A program made the translations under genes and the position numbers. From Octopus sinensis (lineage: Eukaryota), in the NCBI RefSeq assembly GCF_006345805.1, contig NC_042998.1:158038001-158102000 (forward strand): DNA of 64,000 nt. Reading direction: 5' to 3'. Positions 39,663 through 52,799 of this stretch are shown here, one piece after another. The first letter of the stretch is position 1. Each line of letters begins with the position of its first letter. The notes beneath the pieces are model-generated. The model had not been told where the DNA came from. It saw only the letters and a list, made by a program, of their open reading frames with translations, and ran no database searches.

Positions 39663-40017
39663 GAAAGAAATTAAAAAAGGAGAATGTGCCCCCTTTATAT
39701 AGTTTTAATATTAATTTATAATATATCTTGTATTGTGTTTGTCGACTGGTTTCGCTTTCGCTATTCATGACATTAAAATTTATTTAAATACGTATTTTCT
39801 TAAGAAGAAATTTTTTGTCCATTTTGTCTGTGAAATTTATGAGTGGAAGATTCAACGAGTAGGAAACTAAGGGGAGGTAATCGGTTATCCTTATTATTGT
39901 GGGCAGGCGAGGTAACTGTTTAGTTTTCGGGTGTGGCATATATATATATATATATATATACACAAAAAAAAATTTGAAGACTAGATTAGTGGGGAGATAT
40001 ATGTACAGTGATATAAT

Positions 40018-40260
40018 CATCTTTTAACGTCCGTTTTCCATGCTAGCATGGGTTGGACGGTTTGACCGTGGTCTTGGAAGCCAGGAGGCTGCACCAGGCT
40101 CCAGTCTGATCTGGCAGTGTTTCTACAGCTGGATGCCCTTCCTAACGCCAATCACTCCGTGAGTGTAGTGGGTGCTTTTTACGTACCACCGGCACAGGTG
40201 CCAGGGGAGGCTGGCAATGACAACGATCGGTTGGTGCTTTTTGCGTACCACCGGCTTGAT
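40018..40260 (-). mobile_element. RTE-type LINE/SINE 3' tail
   Basis: Contains gtttctacagctggatgcccttcctaacgcca, the reverse complement of the common RTE 3' tail GGCGTTAGGAAGGGCATCCAGCTGTAGAAAC. Confidence 0.6.
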
Positions 40261-40576
40261 TTTTCCATGAGTATGAGTAAGTATTTCATTTATGTTTTAC
40301 GTATTAATCGCTGAGGAGAACATTCTTATGAATTAACTCTGAAATTGGGACCAATACGGTAATAACGGAATTTTTTAGAAATTTCTATCGGCTTGTTTCG
40401 AGACGCATAAATTATAATGGTTATTGACAATTTGTCTAATTTCGGCATATTTGGCATTAGAATTTTTCTTTTGCTCTTATTTTATAAGTTATTTATAAGT
40501 TTTACCTTTAGAGGTATTTTTTAATATGCTGGCCATTGATAAAATTGTTTTTCGAAAAAGTTTTATCCTACATTAT

Positions 40577-40604
<28 letters not shown>

Positions 40605-40609
<5 letters not shown>

Positions 40610-40900
40610 GGAACATAGGAACTCCATCCCCTTCAAGACCAAGTGGAAACTACTACAGAAGGCGCGCTCGTACACAGGAGGCCATACCTGCTGTGACCTC
40701 TGCATATCGGAGAGCCTAGAGATCTTGTTCGCCAAAGGCCCTCTCCTTAACAAAATCTCAGAACACTCCCCAAATTGTATGCATAAGAAGTATGCGAACT
40801 ACAAGAACTATAGACCTACCCGGCAACCAGATTAATGACACCCCCCACCCAAACCCACCGTTCCCCTAGCACCCCCGATTACCTTTTCTCCTAAGACCTC
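40605..40900 (+). mobile_element. Penelope-like element, end of the GIY-YIG domain
   Basis: TKWKLLQKARSYTGGHTCCDLCISESLEILFAKGPLLNKISEHSPNCMH matches the PLE W...Y...C.LC..E...LLN...E...C.H tail. Begins right after a (TA)n tract. Confidence 0.7.
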
Positions 40901-40904
40901 TCAC

Positions 40905-41289
40905 ATATTGTATGTGCACGCTTGTATATGTGTATCATGTGTGTATGCATATGTATGTGTATATGTATGTGTGTATGTATGTGTATGTATGTATAAAATA
41001 TTATATAATTAGGGCTTAGTCAATTGGATTGCTTTGCCGCATGCTGAACTTTCTAGAAATAGCAGCCAAAAAAGTTTTTTAGCCTCTTCCACTACTTAGA
41101 GAATATTTTCCCTCAGACATTGTTTACTCATAAAAATAATGGTCCTTTTACATACTGAATACTTGGTGAAATTGATTAATAACTAATTAACTTTACCCTC
41201 AATTGTTGATATATGTATATGTGTGTGTATATATATGTGGGTGTATGTGTATATGGACTTGTATGTATATGTGTGTGTATGTATGTATG

Positions 41290-41350
<61 letters not shown>

Positions 41351-41719
41351 GTATGTATATATATATATATGCATATATATGTATGTATATGTATATGTAT
41401 ATGTATGTGTGTGTGTATATGTATATATGTGTATATATATGAGTGTACGCGAGTATGTCGATGTATATGTAGGTATGTAGAGTTATGTGTATGTGCAGGT
41501 ATGTGAGTGTAGATACAAATTGTAGATGTGTATATGTGTGTGTGTGTGTATATATACACGTATATGGGTATATGTATGTGTGTGTATATGTAGATATATA
41601 TATATATGTATTATATATATATATATATGTATATGCGAGTATGTAGAGATATAAGTATGTGCATGTGTATATGTATATGTGTGTATATATATGTATGGGT
41701 ATGTGTATGTGTATGTATG

Positions 41720-41758
<39 letters not shown>

Positions 41759-42100
41759 GTATGCATATACGTGTATGTATGTATGTATATGTGTATGTAT
41801 ATATGTGTGTAAGTGTGTGTATATATGTAAATGTAAGTGTGTCTGCTTGTATGAGAATGTATGTATGTTTGCACACATGTATATATGTGTGTGTATGTGT
41901 ATATGTATATGTATATGTGTATATGTGTGTGTATATGTATGTATATGTGTATGTATGTGTGTATGTATGTGTGTGTGTGTGTGTATATATATGTGTATGT
42001 ATGTGTGTGTATATATATATATGTATATATATATATATGTGTATATGTATATGTATATATATATATATAATATATATATATGTGTATGTGTATGTATATG

Positions 42101-42133
<33 letters not shown>

Positions 42134-42390
42134 ATACATGTGTGTATGTGTAGGTATGTATGTATATATATGCGTGTGTATGTGTATGTGTATATGTACA
42201 TATGCGCGTACGCTCGTGTGTTTATGCATATGTAGGTACGTAGAGTTATCTATGTGTGTATTTATATGTACATGTGTGTAAGTATGTATATATATGTATA
42301 TATGTATGTGTATGTGTGTGTGTGTATATATGTAGATGTATATGTATGTATATATGTATGTGTATGTGTATGTGTATATATATATGTATG

Positions 42391-42441
<51 letters not shown>

Positions 42442-42856
42442 AAGTTTATATGTATGTATCCGTCTATATAATAGGTAACTGCACGTACATATACTTAATA
42501 TTTATTATTTATTTTTTGAGTATGCATGTACGAATAACTGCGCGTATATATATTTTACTATTTACTTATTTTTTGAGTATGCATGTAAGTATGAATATAA
42601 GGAGGCGCGTGTGTGTGTGTGTATGTGTAAGCATAGATATATGTATACTTTTACGCATGTGTGTACTTATGTGTATATATGGATGCGCGCGTGTGTGTGT
42701 GTGTGTATGGGTACGCATGTACATGTGTATGTGCGTGTAGTGTATATATATGTATATGTGTGTGTATGCGTATGTGTGTGTATATATGTGTGTGTGTATA
42801 TATGTGTATGTATATATATATGTGAATATATATATGTATATATATATGTATATATA

Positions 42857-42902
<46 letters not shown>

Positions 42903-43700
42903 ATTTGTATGTAGGTGTATATGTATGTGTGTGTATTTATATTTATTGGTGTATATATATTGACTAGCCTTCTAAGAGTGTAGACATAAATCTGTAGGTA
43001 CGCGTACGGATGTGTATATACGTGAATGTATGTAGATGGATGTATGTATGAATATAACGCGTGCGTGCGTGTATGTGTATGAGTGTACGAATGAGTGAGA
43101 GTACGTGCTAAAGAGTGTGCGTGAGTGAATGAGTGCTTGTTTTCCAGTAGACAGATGAATAGACTGGCTGTCATAGCCAAGATGCTTGTGACCAAGCGGC
43201 CAAAGATAACAAAAGTAATAAACGAAGATAATAAAATTAAAATTAGGGAATGGGTCTGTATTAGTATGTGTATATATATGTGTGTATGTGTAGGTTTGCA
43301 TAGGTACACATATGTATATGTATACATGTATGTATATGTATGTATGTGTGTGTATATGTGTGTGTATGTGTATATATGTGTATATAGTGACTAGTGTGCT
43401 GTGTGTGCATGTGTGTGTGTGGATATGTGTGTGTATGCGTGTATGTGAGTATGTGTGTGTATGTGTATATATATTTTTCTGTGCGTATATGTATGTGAGG
43501 TCGTGTGTGTATATATACATGTGTGTATACGTGTATGCATGTGAGTGTGTGTGTGTATACATATATGTGTATGTGTAGATATGTATATGCATGTGTATGT
43601 GTAAGTGTATATATATGTATATATGTGTGTGTATGTATGTGTGTATGTATGTGTATATATGTTTGCATGTGTGTGTATGTATGTATACATGTGTGCATAG
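40905..43700. repeat. ~2.8-kb degenerate (TA)/(TG)/(TATG) low-complexity tract
   Basis: Almost entirely purine-pyrimidine alternation from ~41205. It is the source of the many H/T/Y/I/C/V-rich spurious ORFs. Confidence 0.97.
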
Positions 43701-44095
43701 GTATAAGTGAGAATCTCCTTATTTACCTAAAACTCTATCCCCCCTTTTTTTATATATAGGTTTTTTTGTTTTGTTTTTTTATATATAGGTTTTTTTTTAT
43801 TTTTTTATTTTTTATTTTTTTATTTTTTTATTTATTCTTCTATCTAATTTAACACTGACTCCTTGACCACTCCCCCAAGTATGATATTTTGTGCTATGCC
43901 TACCCCAAAAAAGTCCCCCACCTGCCTAAATGTATAAATGCCAATACAATTCTTGTTAACTAGCTTCCTGAAGATTTCTCTTGAATGAAAGAGTTCTAGT
44001 CCTGTAGAAGCTCCTTCTATATAATAAATTAATTTTACTCTGCTATGTATTGAGTACCTTATTTACTGTGGTTAACCCCGAATCAACCCGGGACC

Positions 44096-44145
<50 letters not shown>

Positions 44146-44149
<4 letters not shown>

Positions 44150-45348
44150 TGCAGCAAATAAATGGTCACCTTTAATTTTCAAAATCTTTTATTTAATACG
44201 CAAAGTGAACAATTGAAATGTAATCGATAGGTAGGACTACACACTTTAGTATTTAGTTGACATTCCCTTTGCAGTTCTTAATTCAGAAACTCTTTTTGGC
44301 ATTGAACTGATGAGCTTTGTGGAATTCTTGTGGAATTTCTGCCCACTTTTTAAGAAAACAATCGAAACAATTCATTTTTAGATTTAGAATTCTGTCGAGT
44401 TTTTCGTACAGCTCTAAAGATTTTCAGTTGGGTTCATGTCAGGAGATTGACTCGTCCAAGGAAGCTTTTTGATCCCATTTTCAGTCAGCCATTGTTGATT
44501 CCTTTTCGTTGTGTGACATGGAGCCCAATCTTCCATGAATAAAAACTTATTTTTCGTTATGTCATCATGTGAATACAGCAGAAGTTATCCTTGCTTAAGT
44601 ATTTCGATTTATTATTCAGAGTTTATGGTTCCAACACATTCGCTCAGCTCAGAACGACCATTGCTGGTGACAGCTCCCCATACTATTACAGAGATACCAC
44701 CATGTTTCACAGTTGGCTGGAGTCGTTTCAAATCAAGTTCTTGATTGGGAAGCCTCCAGACCCAAACACGTCCACTGTCTGAAAATAATGCAAATGTAGA
44801 TTCATCTGAGAAAATCACTCAATCCAAAAATGAACTGGATTTTTCTGACATCTCCTTACCCAATCTTTTTTTTTTCATGATGACGAGGTTCTCTTCTAGC
44901 TGCTCTTCCGTAATACCCAAGCTTATGCAGATATTTGTAACACATGTTCTTGGGCTAACTTCTAGCCGTTTTGCAATATCAGAAGCCTTCAATCGTGGTT
45001 CGTCCTCGACAATTATCTTCAAACAGCGCAGATTCTTTTCCTGTCGTTTCTTTTCCTTGGCTGTTGAATTGCACTTATAATTCTATTAACAGTAGTAAAA
45101 GGAATTTGAAGATTTTCAGCAATTTTTCGCTGGCTAAGGCCAGCCTCAGATTACCCGACAATACCACCTCATTAAAAATCTGACAGTTCTGCTGAATTTT
45201 TTGTGCGTTGCATGGTTACTCTTTGCAAATATTTAATGTAATGAAAAAAATAATTACATTGTAAATTCTACACCACTGAAAACATATTAAGACGCTTAGA
45301 TCAGAAATTTTGAAAATTAAAGGTGTCTATTTACTTCCTGCGTGGGTG
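44146..45348 (-). mobile_element. Tc1-like DD34E transposon remnant with both TIRs
   Basis: Inverted 19-mer CACCTTTAATTTTCAAAAT (44167-44185) / ATTTTGAAAATTAAAGGTG (45307-45325). Minus-strand motifs [29 protein letters not shown] and QSPDMNPTEN. (TA)n on both flanks. Confidence 0.9.
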
Positions 45349-45350
45349 TA

Positions 45351-45426
<76 letters not shown>

Positions 45427-45429
45427 CAG

Positions 45430-45790
45430 TATACATTAAAACACATTAAGAGGCTTCCATCATAGGAATCCATTACGCTAGAAAGGACAGTTAAACTCAA
45501 AACCACTAATTAGGGATAAATTCTCGAAGGGAATGAAAAATAAAAACATTTACCATCTAATTCAATTCCCGGACCATGTTTTCTGACTTATTTCAGTAAA
45601 ATAAAAATAATTATTTACTGAGGCCGTCTTCATCAGCGAGTAACCCTTAGATTAAATATACACACAACGAGATCAATCCAGCATGTAAACACATTGCTTG
45701 TACATTTTAATTTTTTTCAAAACCACTGCGCAGTCGCAGTCTATTGTCGGCAACAAAGAGGATGCCTGTAAAATCTTCGAACAAATTTAC
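45430..45790 (-). mobile_element. Short non-coding hammerhead-bearing unit (solo pLTR/retrozyme-like)
   Basis: HHR motif at 45566-45643. Shares blocks with 59760-60090, including the exact 23-mer CGAAGGGAATGAAAAATAAAAAC. No ORF; abuts (TA)n. Confidence 0.6.
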
Positions 45791-46400
45791 CAGAAATCAT
45801 TATACATAATAAATAATATCATTATACATAATAAATAATATTGAATTGTTCCAAATTCAAGCATACCCCCTGAATTATAAGTTTTAAGATCTTAAGAGTA
45901 CCTGAGTGAAGCATATATTAAACACACACACACACACACCACACACACACACACACACATATATATACGCTTAGACAAACACTTACACTCACAAACATTT
46001 AAAACTGCCCAAAATAATTTTGATGGAGTTTATTTACTACAGGTGGATATCATGACAGCTGAAAAACAAAAAATACAACGACTAAAATAAAGCTGACTTC
46101 TTGAATTTCCATTAATTTCAACCTGGGCAGTATGACATCTGACCAAAGAATGCAAGGCAATATCAACCCTCTCAGAAAAAGTTCCCTTTCTTTTTTCATT
46201 TTCTCTTTCTTTCTTTTCTTCCTCTGATATAACCTCAGCAAATTTACCACAAACGCACACAAACATTCAGATACATGTATACACACACACATGTATGTGC
46301 GCACAGATGTAGATTCGAAATAACCGAATACAATTTCTTCCTAATTCAACTCCAAATTTCGTAAACTAATAATTATCTCACCTTTTTTCTTTATATATAT

Positions 46401-46451
<51 letters not shown>

Positions 46452-46455
<4 letters not shown>

Positions 46456-47575
46456 TTGTAATTTACAGAAAAACAAAAGACGAAGACAGGTGCATAAACA
46501 ACAAGCAAGTGTTTTAGTTTCATGCTCAGGAAAGTGATAAAGTCTTTAACGTTTCGAGCCTACGTTCTTCAACAGAATGGAATAAGACAAAATAAACGGA
46601 GAGAGAATAACTTGTAGATTTAGCGATTAATCATGGCGACTGGTTGGGAAAAATGGTTTGACGGGAGAGGCAGAAAGAAGGGGAGATAATAAAGTAATGG
46701 TGATTCCAAAACGAAGGTGCGCATGCGTGTGTGTATGTGAGAAAGTGTGTGTGCATACGGGTTAGTGACTTTGACGTGTGGATGTGTACGTGTGTGTCTC
46801 AGTCTATAATGTGTGGGTGTGTGGATGATGGTGTGTGGGTGTGCAGATGCTGTGCGGTGTGGGTGCTGGGAAGTTAGTTAGTTAGTTAGTTAAGTTAGTT
46901 AATGTTTTGGCTCAAATAGCAAAAAGCAAGGCCATGTAGGGGGACATGTACAGGGTGGTGTACATGTAAAGAGTTCAGGCCACTTGTGGTCAAGGGTGAC
47001 TTTGAACCGAGTTGTCAGTACTAGTTTGTGTGGAGTGTGTGTGGAGTAGTGTGATGTAGTTTGGCGGCGTGGGTCATGTGATATGAGGATGTGGGGTTAT
47101 AGCGCGGCACAGGAGTGGGTATGGGTGGAGATGTAGGGATAGGGATGGGGTTTTTAGGGAAGCGGATATCAACGAAGGGAGAAGGTGGGTAGGAGTGAAG
47201 AGAGGAAGTGGGTGTCAGATGAAGAGAGGAGAGAAGGTGAGTTGTGCAAAGAAGGGATGAGAGAAGATTAATTCCTATTCACGGCGAAGGCGGGAGTTCG
47301 GATGGATAGGTGTTCTAGTGAATGACCGGTAGAGCGGAAATAGCGTGAGTCTGACGTCTCGAAGGTGCTCCGCAAACCGGTCAGCCAAGCGGCGTCACGC
47401 TTGACCGATGTACAGAGAATGGCAGAAAAAACAAGAGATGCAGTAAATGACGTTGCTAAAAGTGCAGGTAAATGAGTCACTGATACGGTAGAGACAATGA
47501 TGGGTGCCTGTGAGGATAGCGGTATTGGAGATGTAGGGGCAAGTGCGGCAGCGTGGGTAGGAGAGGGTTGTATAT
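46452..47575 (-). mobile_element. 5'-truncated Penelope-like element (GIY-YIG + tail) inserted in (TA)n
   Basis: Minus frame PRCRTCPY...NVIYCISCFFCHSLYIGQA*RRLADRFAEHLRD. Degenerate HHR at 46542-46575; (TA)n on both sides. Confidence 0.85.
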
Positions 47576-47594
47576 ATATATATTTATGTATATG

Positions 47595-47637
<43 letters not shown>

Positions 47638-48171
47638 ATATTATATATATATATATGTGTGTATATATATACACATACATATACGTATACACACACATAT
47701 ATATAATTCTGCGTAAGAATGTAGACGATGCATAACAAGAAGTAGAACATATGTAATTTTCTATAACAAAGAATACATCAAAATAACCAGACTAATTTGT
47801 TTTCATCCTTATGGAAACTTCAGTAAGCAGAAATCAATAATTGAAAACAGGACAGCAAAATCTTTTACAATTTAAATTTGCCGAAAATATTTCCAAGTTG
47901 GAGGAGATTCGATATAACAAACATCCTATTATGTTTCCAAGGAATGAATTCTTATGTTGCGGTCGTTAGTGAAAAGTGTTACTCAGAGACACTTTCTCAA
48001 AGAGATCTCATGGCATTGTGAATGGCTGCATAAATAATTAAATAATTGTATTAATCTAGAATTAATGCGTTTATTTCAAATTTGTGAACACATGAGAGAT
48101 CTCATCATTTTCGGCAGAGTGTATGTGTGTATCTGTGTATGCGCGTGTAACTAAATAAATATATGTATGTA

Positions 48172-48260
<89 letters not shown>

Positions 48261-48285
48261 CTCTATCTCTATCTCTCTCTCTCTC
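48172..48285. repeat. (ATCT)n then (CT)n microsatellite
   Basis: Direct inspection. Confidence 0.97.
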
Positions 48286-48299
48286 TATTTATATATGTA

Positions 48300-51200
48300 T
48301 ATATATTGTTTTCCGTGTTGTTCCATCGTGAATCACGATTCTGGAGAGTCCTCTCCAGAGCGCAGGCCTGGGCAGATTGTATGGAAGACCTGCCGTTGCC
48401 CATACGACAGGTACCTCCTCTCTACATCACCGATAGTATCCAAGGGAAAAGCAGAGACCAGTACAACTTCAAATTACCTTCGGGACTCCAGCTCCGGATT
48501 TCTCCTCAGGGTTTTCTCCCCAAGCCTTCCCCATGATATGTTTTGCCACAAGGTAGTGGAATTTGGAGTCAGAGTTTTCCTTCCCTTAGACGGGTTGTCT
48601 TCTGGGGCTAACGGGTCCCATCTACTCGAAGCACTGGTTTTGGGGCGCCAGTAACTCGCGCTCGCCTCTTTTCCTGTCAGTAGTAATAATTCTACCGGGC
48701 CCAGGTGATAGGCCACACGAGAAGGCCAGGATTTGGACTTAGCTGTCAGAGGCTCTTTGAAACACACGCCTTAAGGGCATTGTTTTTTAGGTAGTAGGAG
48801 ATTATCCCCTCCCCACACTCTGACTTGACGACCTTAGGAACCGCAGTTACCAGTGATAGTCTTTGCTCAATTGACGTAGAGCTAGGCACCAGGGGTTGTT
48901 TTCGACGGTGGGAGAGACCTCACCGTCTTACTGGATAGCAATCGCCCGCATTAAACTTGGCAGTCCCAGCCAAATAAGTCTTGTCCCGTCACAAGTTTGT
49001 CTGCCCTACAGGGTGCGTACAGCTCAGGAATGCATATGATCTAAAATATGGACTGCAAACGTCGCACCAAACAAAAACGAAAAATCGAAAAACAGGAAAC
49101 CAGCTCTTAAACTAAGTGACTGGAATGTTCGGACTCTATTTCCAGGATTTTCCGACGACTATCAAGAAATTGACACCGCACACGAAACAGCCACCATCAA
49201 TAACGAACTACTGAGACTCCAGGTGGACATCGCCGCACTTCGGGAAAGGCGCCTGTCGGAGAGAGGAACTTTACGCGAGCGGGATTATACATTCTTCTGG
49301 CAAGGGAAAAGCATTGGGGATGTTAGAGAACATGGAATTGGTTTTGCATTGAAAAACTCACTTCTGAAGACGGTGGAACGCGATGATGAAGGAACAAAGA
49401 GAATGCTGTCTTCGACTGCACACTTCCGACAGACCAGCCACCTTGGTCAGTGCTTATGCACCTAGCTTACACTCCAACCAGGACTTGAAAGACGAGTTCT
49501 GCAGCCAATGAAAATGGACAACGCTTGCTGGAACTATGCACACTCCATGGATTGTGTGTAACTAACAATATTTCCAGCTGAACCAGCAGCACAAAGTATC
49601 GTGGATGCAGCCACGTTCCAAACATTGGCACCAACTGGACCTATTACTCACATGCATCGTCATATGCAGAACGTGCTCATCACCCGCTCCTTCCAGAGTG
49701 CTGATTGGGATACGGACCACTCACTGGTTTGCTGCAAGATCAAACTCCTCTCCAAAATCCTTCATTACGCCAGATCTTCTGGTAGGCAACGCGTCGACGC
49801 CAGGCTGGCGAAACGATCAAAGTCGCTGAATTCAGCAAAACCCTCTAACAGTCTATCACAGCTATCCCATCTGAAGGAGATGTTTCGCACCGATGGAACA
49901 CCCTCATAGACCACCGCTACAGCGTTGGCGTTCGTGTATTCTGGAAGAAAGAACGGAAAACGCCCGATTGATTCGAAGCGAACTCAAGTGAATTGACCAG
50001 CGTTCTAGCAGAAAAACGGGAAACTCTAATCAAGCACAAAGAGCGCTCTACTCGAGAATCACAGCAAACCCCACCAAACCACACGGACAGCCAGAAACAA
50101 GTCTCAAAGAATAGCTAGTCGCTGTGCCAATGAATACTGGCTGAAACTGTGTGGATGCATCCAACCAGCAGCTGACATGGGGGACATACGTAGGATGTAC
50201 AACGGGATAAAGACAGCAAAAGGACCGGCGCAATGCTAGACAGCGCCACTGAAAACCAAAGCTGGAGAGACCATCACAGACCAGTTGTAACAAATGGAGT
50301 GATGGGTAGAGCATTACTCCGAGTTATACACCCAGAATAGCTCCATTTCGAAAACATCGCCCGACAGCCGGGAAAGTTTGCTGGTCATTGACGAATTGGA
50401 CATATCCACAACCGTAGAGGAATTAGAGAAAGCACTCGACTCATTATCAACTGGAAAAGTGCCTGGACTAGATGAGATACCAGCTGAAGTCATCAATGGT
50501 TTCAGATCCGGACGATCTACAATGGATATGATTTTCTGTCTTAGGCAGTTACAAGAGAGGTGCAGGGAACAGAACTAGCCGCTCTACATTGCATTCGTTG
50601 ACTTGACGAAGGCGTTCGACACGGTAAGTAGGAATGGGTTATTCCGAGTTCTTGAGAAGATTGGGAGTCCTCCTCGACTGCTCCGCACCCTTGAGTCTTT
50701 CCATTTGTATATGAATGCCACAGTACAATTCAACGGAAACACCTCATAACCCTTTGATGTTCGACATGAGGTAAAACAAGGATTCGTCTTTGCTCCTGTT
50801 CGACATCTACTTTCCTATCATGCTGAGGTATGCATTTGGTACGCAACACGACGGCATTTGCCTCCACACAAGGTCGGACAGTAAACTATTCAATCTGTCA
50901 AGGCTCAATGCGAAGATCAAAATCCGCAGGGTTTACGTCCGGAAGATGCTGTTTGCTGACGACGCAGCTCAAGTAGCTCATTCAGAAATGCAGCTGCAAA
51001 CAATGATGGACAATCTCAACCGGGTGTGCTGTGCATTCAGCTTAACAATCAGCCTACAGAAGACCAAGGTAATGGGCCAAGGCTTCTCAGATACCCCCAT
51101 CATTACCATCGATAACCACTCACTTGATGTGGTCCGTGAGTTTACGTACCTTGTCTCAACAATTACGGATGGCCTCACACTCGACCAGGAGCTGAACAGT

Positions 51201-51865
51201 AGAATTGGGTTAGCAGCATCGACCTTCGCTAAACTAACTCAAAAAGTGTGGTTAAACAGCAAGCTGACGAGATCCACCAAATTCACAGTCTATAAAGTAT
51301 GTGTTCTCAGTACCTTGCTATACGGCGGTGAGACCTGGCGCCTTTACGCCAGACAAGAACTCCGCCTGGATGCCTTCCACCTGCGCAAACTTCGGAGTAT
51401 TCTCGGGGTCAAGTGGAACGACCGCATCACCAACGCCAAGGTACCCGTTCCCAGCTATTAACTACTTTCACATTACTTCGGCAACGCCGTTTCTGCTGCA
51501 TAGACATGTGTACCGGATGCCTGAAGGGAGGTTGCCGAAAGATATAATGTATGGGGAGCTAGACTCCGGCAGACGTACTCGAGGACGACCACATCTCCGT
51601 TTCAAGGATGAATGCAAACATAACACGAAAGTTATGAGTACGAAACCGTTCCTGATGAAGGTAGACACTGGGTACCACTCTGAGGGGAGGAGAAGATCAC
51701 ATACGTCAGATTGCAAAGGACAGACAGAGTCGCAGGAAGACCGACCAACCACATTTGCGACCGTTGCAACCGTGACTGTTACTCACGCATTGGCCTTGTC
51801 AGTCAGAAGCAGAAACACCAATCCAATCGAAAGCGCAGATCCATAGTCTTTCGGGACTAACGGAT
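48300..51865 (+). mobile_element. Near full-length but decayed RTE-clade LINE
   Basis: Long 5' UTR, APE endonuclease (WNVRTL, LQVDIAALRE, HGIGFALKN, DTDHSLV) and RT (GFRSGRSTMDMIF, AFVDLTKAFDTV, MLFADDAA, STLLYGGETW). Ends in a (CT)n(CA)n tail; multiple frameshifts. Confidence 0.92.
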
Positions 51866-51877
51866 GGCAGTCTCTCT

Positions 51878-51949
<72 letters not shown>

Positions 51950-52623
51950 CTAAATGAATATTTGAGACAATATGACGACAAGGAACAGTCCTCCATACTC
52001 TACCAACACGCCAAGGATCAACATGGAGGCAATCTAGGTCAATTTGATATCTGCATTTTATCCAAACATTCCCAGTTGTAAATAGGAAATATACGTAGTA
52101 GGTAATCATACCCCCATACCCACACTTTATTTATATGCAGGTAGAATAGTTAGTAGGCTGTTATGTAGATGTATGTATGTTTGTATACGTATATGTATTA
52201 CGTATACATACACACACATACTCAACCATATACACACAAGGAGACAGAGGTACACACACACACATAAAAACACACAAACACAAACATGAATATGCAGAAT
52301 ACATACATTCAAACGTACACACATATATACATACGCGCATTCACATTCCTACATGCATGCATACATACACTTACATGCATACATACATGTCTATGCGCGC
52401 ACACACTGACCCACACACATGCACACAAACAAAAGGAACGCAGCTCAGAGAACGGACAGAGTCAATGAAAGGTTGCAACACGCAACGAAAATTTTAGAAA
52501 AAATAAGTAAACTTTACCGGTGACACAACAAAATATGCTTCAACACACGGACTCACATAAAGATTCTTGCAAACCAAATCCAAAAGCGAAATATATATAT
52601 ATTATATATATATAATATATTAT

Positions 52624-52668
<45 letters not shown>

Positions 52669-52799
52669 AAGTATGGGGTAATTACGGATTGCTCGTACAA
52701 AGCCAATGCGAAAAAATACAAATCCTAGGTAGTCAAATAAATTATTAGTATGATGGCAGCTACCAAGGAGTACATCATCCTGATTATAGAGACGTTGCA

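Noticed and set aside
41176-43759. Many 60-250-aa ORFs rich in H/T/Y/I or C/V/M/Y
   Set aside because: Translations of the (TA)/(TG) low-complexity tract; dinucleotide alternation simply lacks stop codons.
51651-51670. CCTGATGAAG, resembling a hammerhead core (similar CTGATGA at ~12245 and ~29344)
   Set aside because: No downstream stem II/GAAA/NUH arrangement; these lie in RTE, Tc1 (SDES) and LINE coding remnants.
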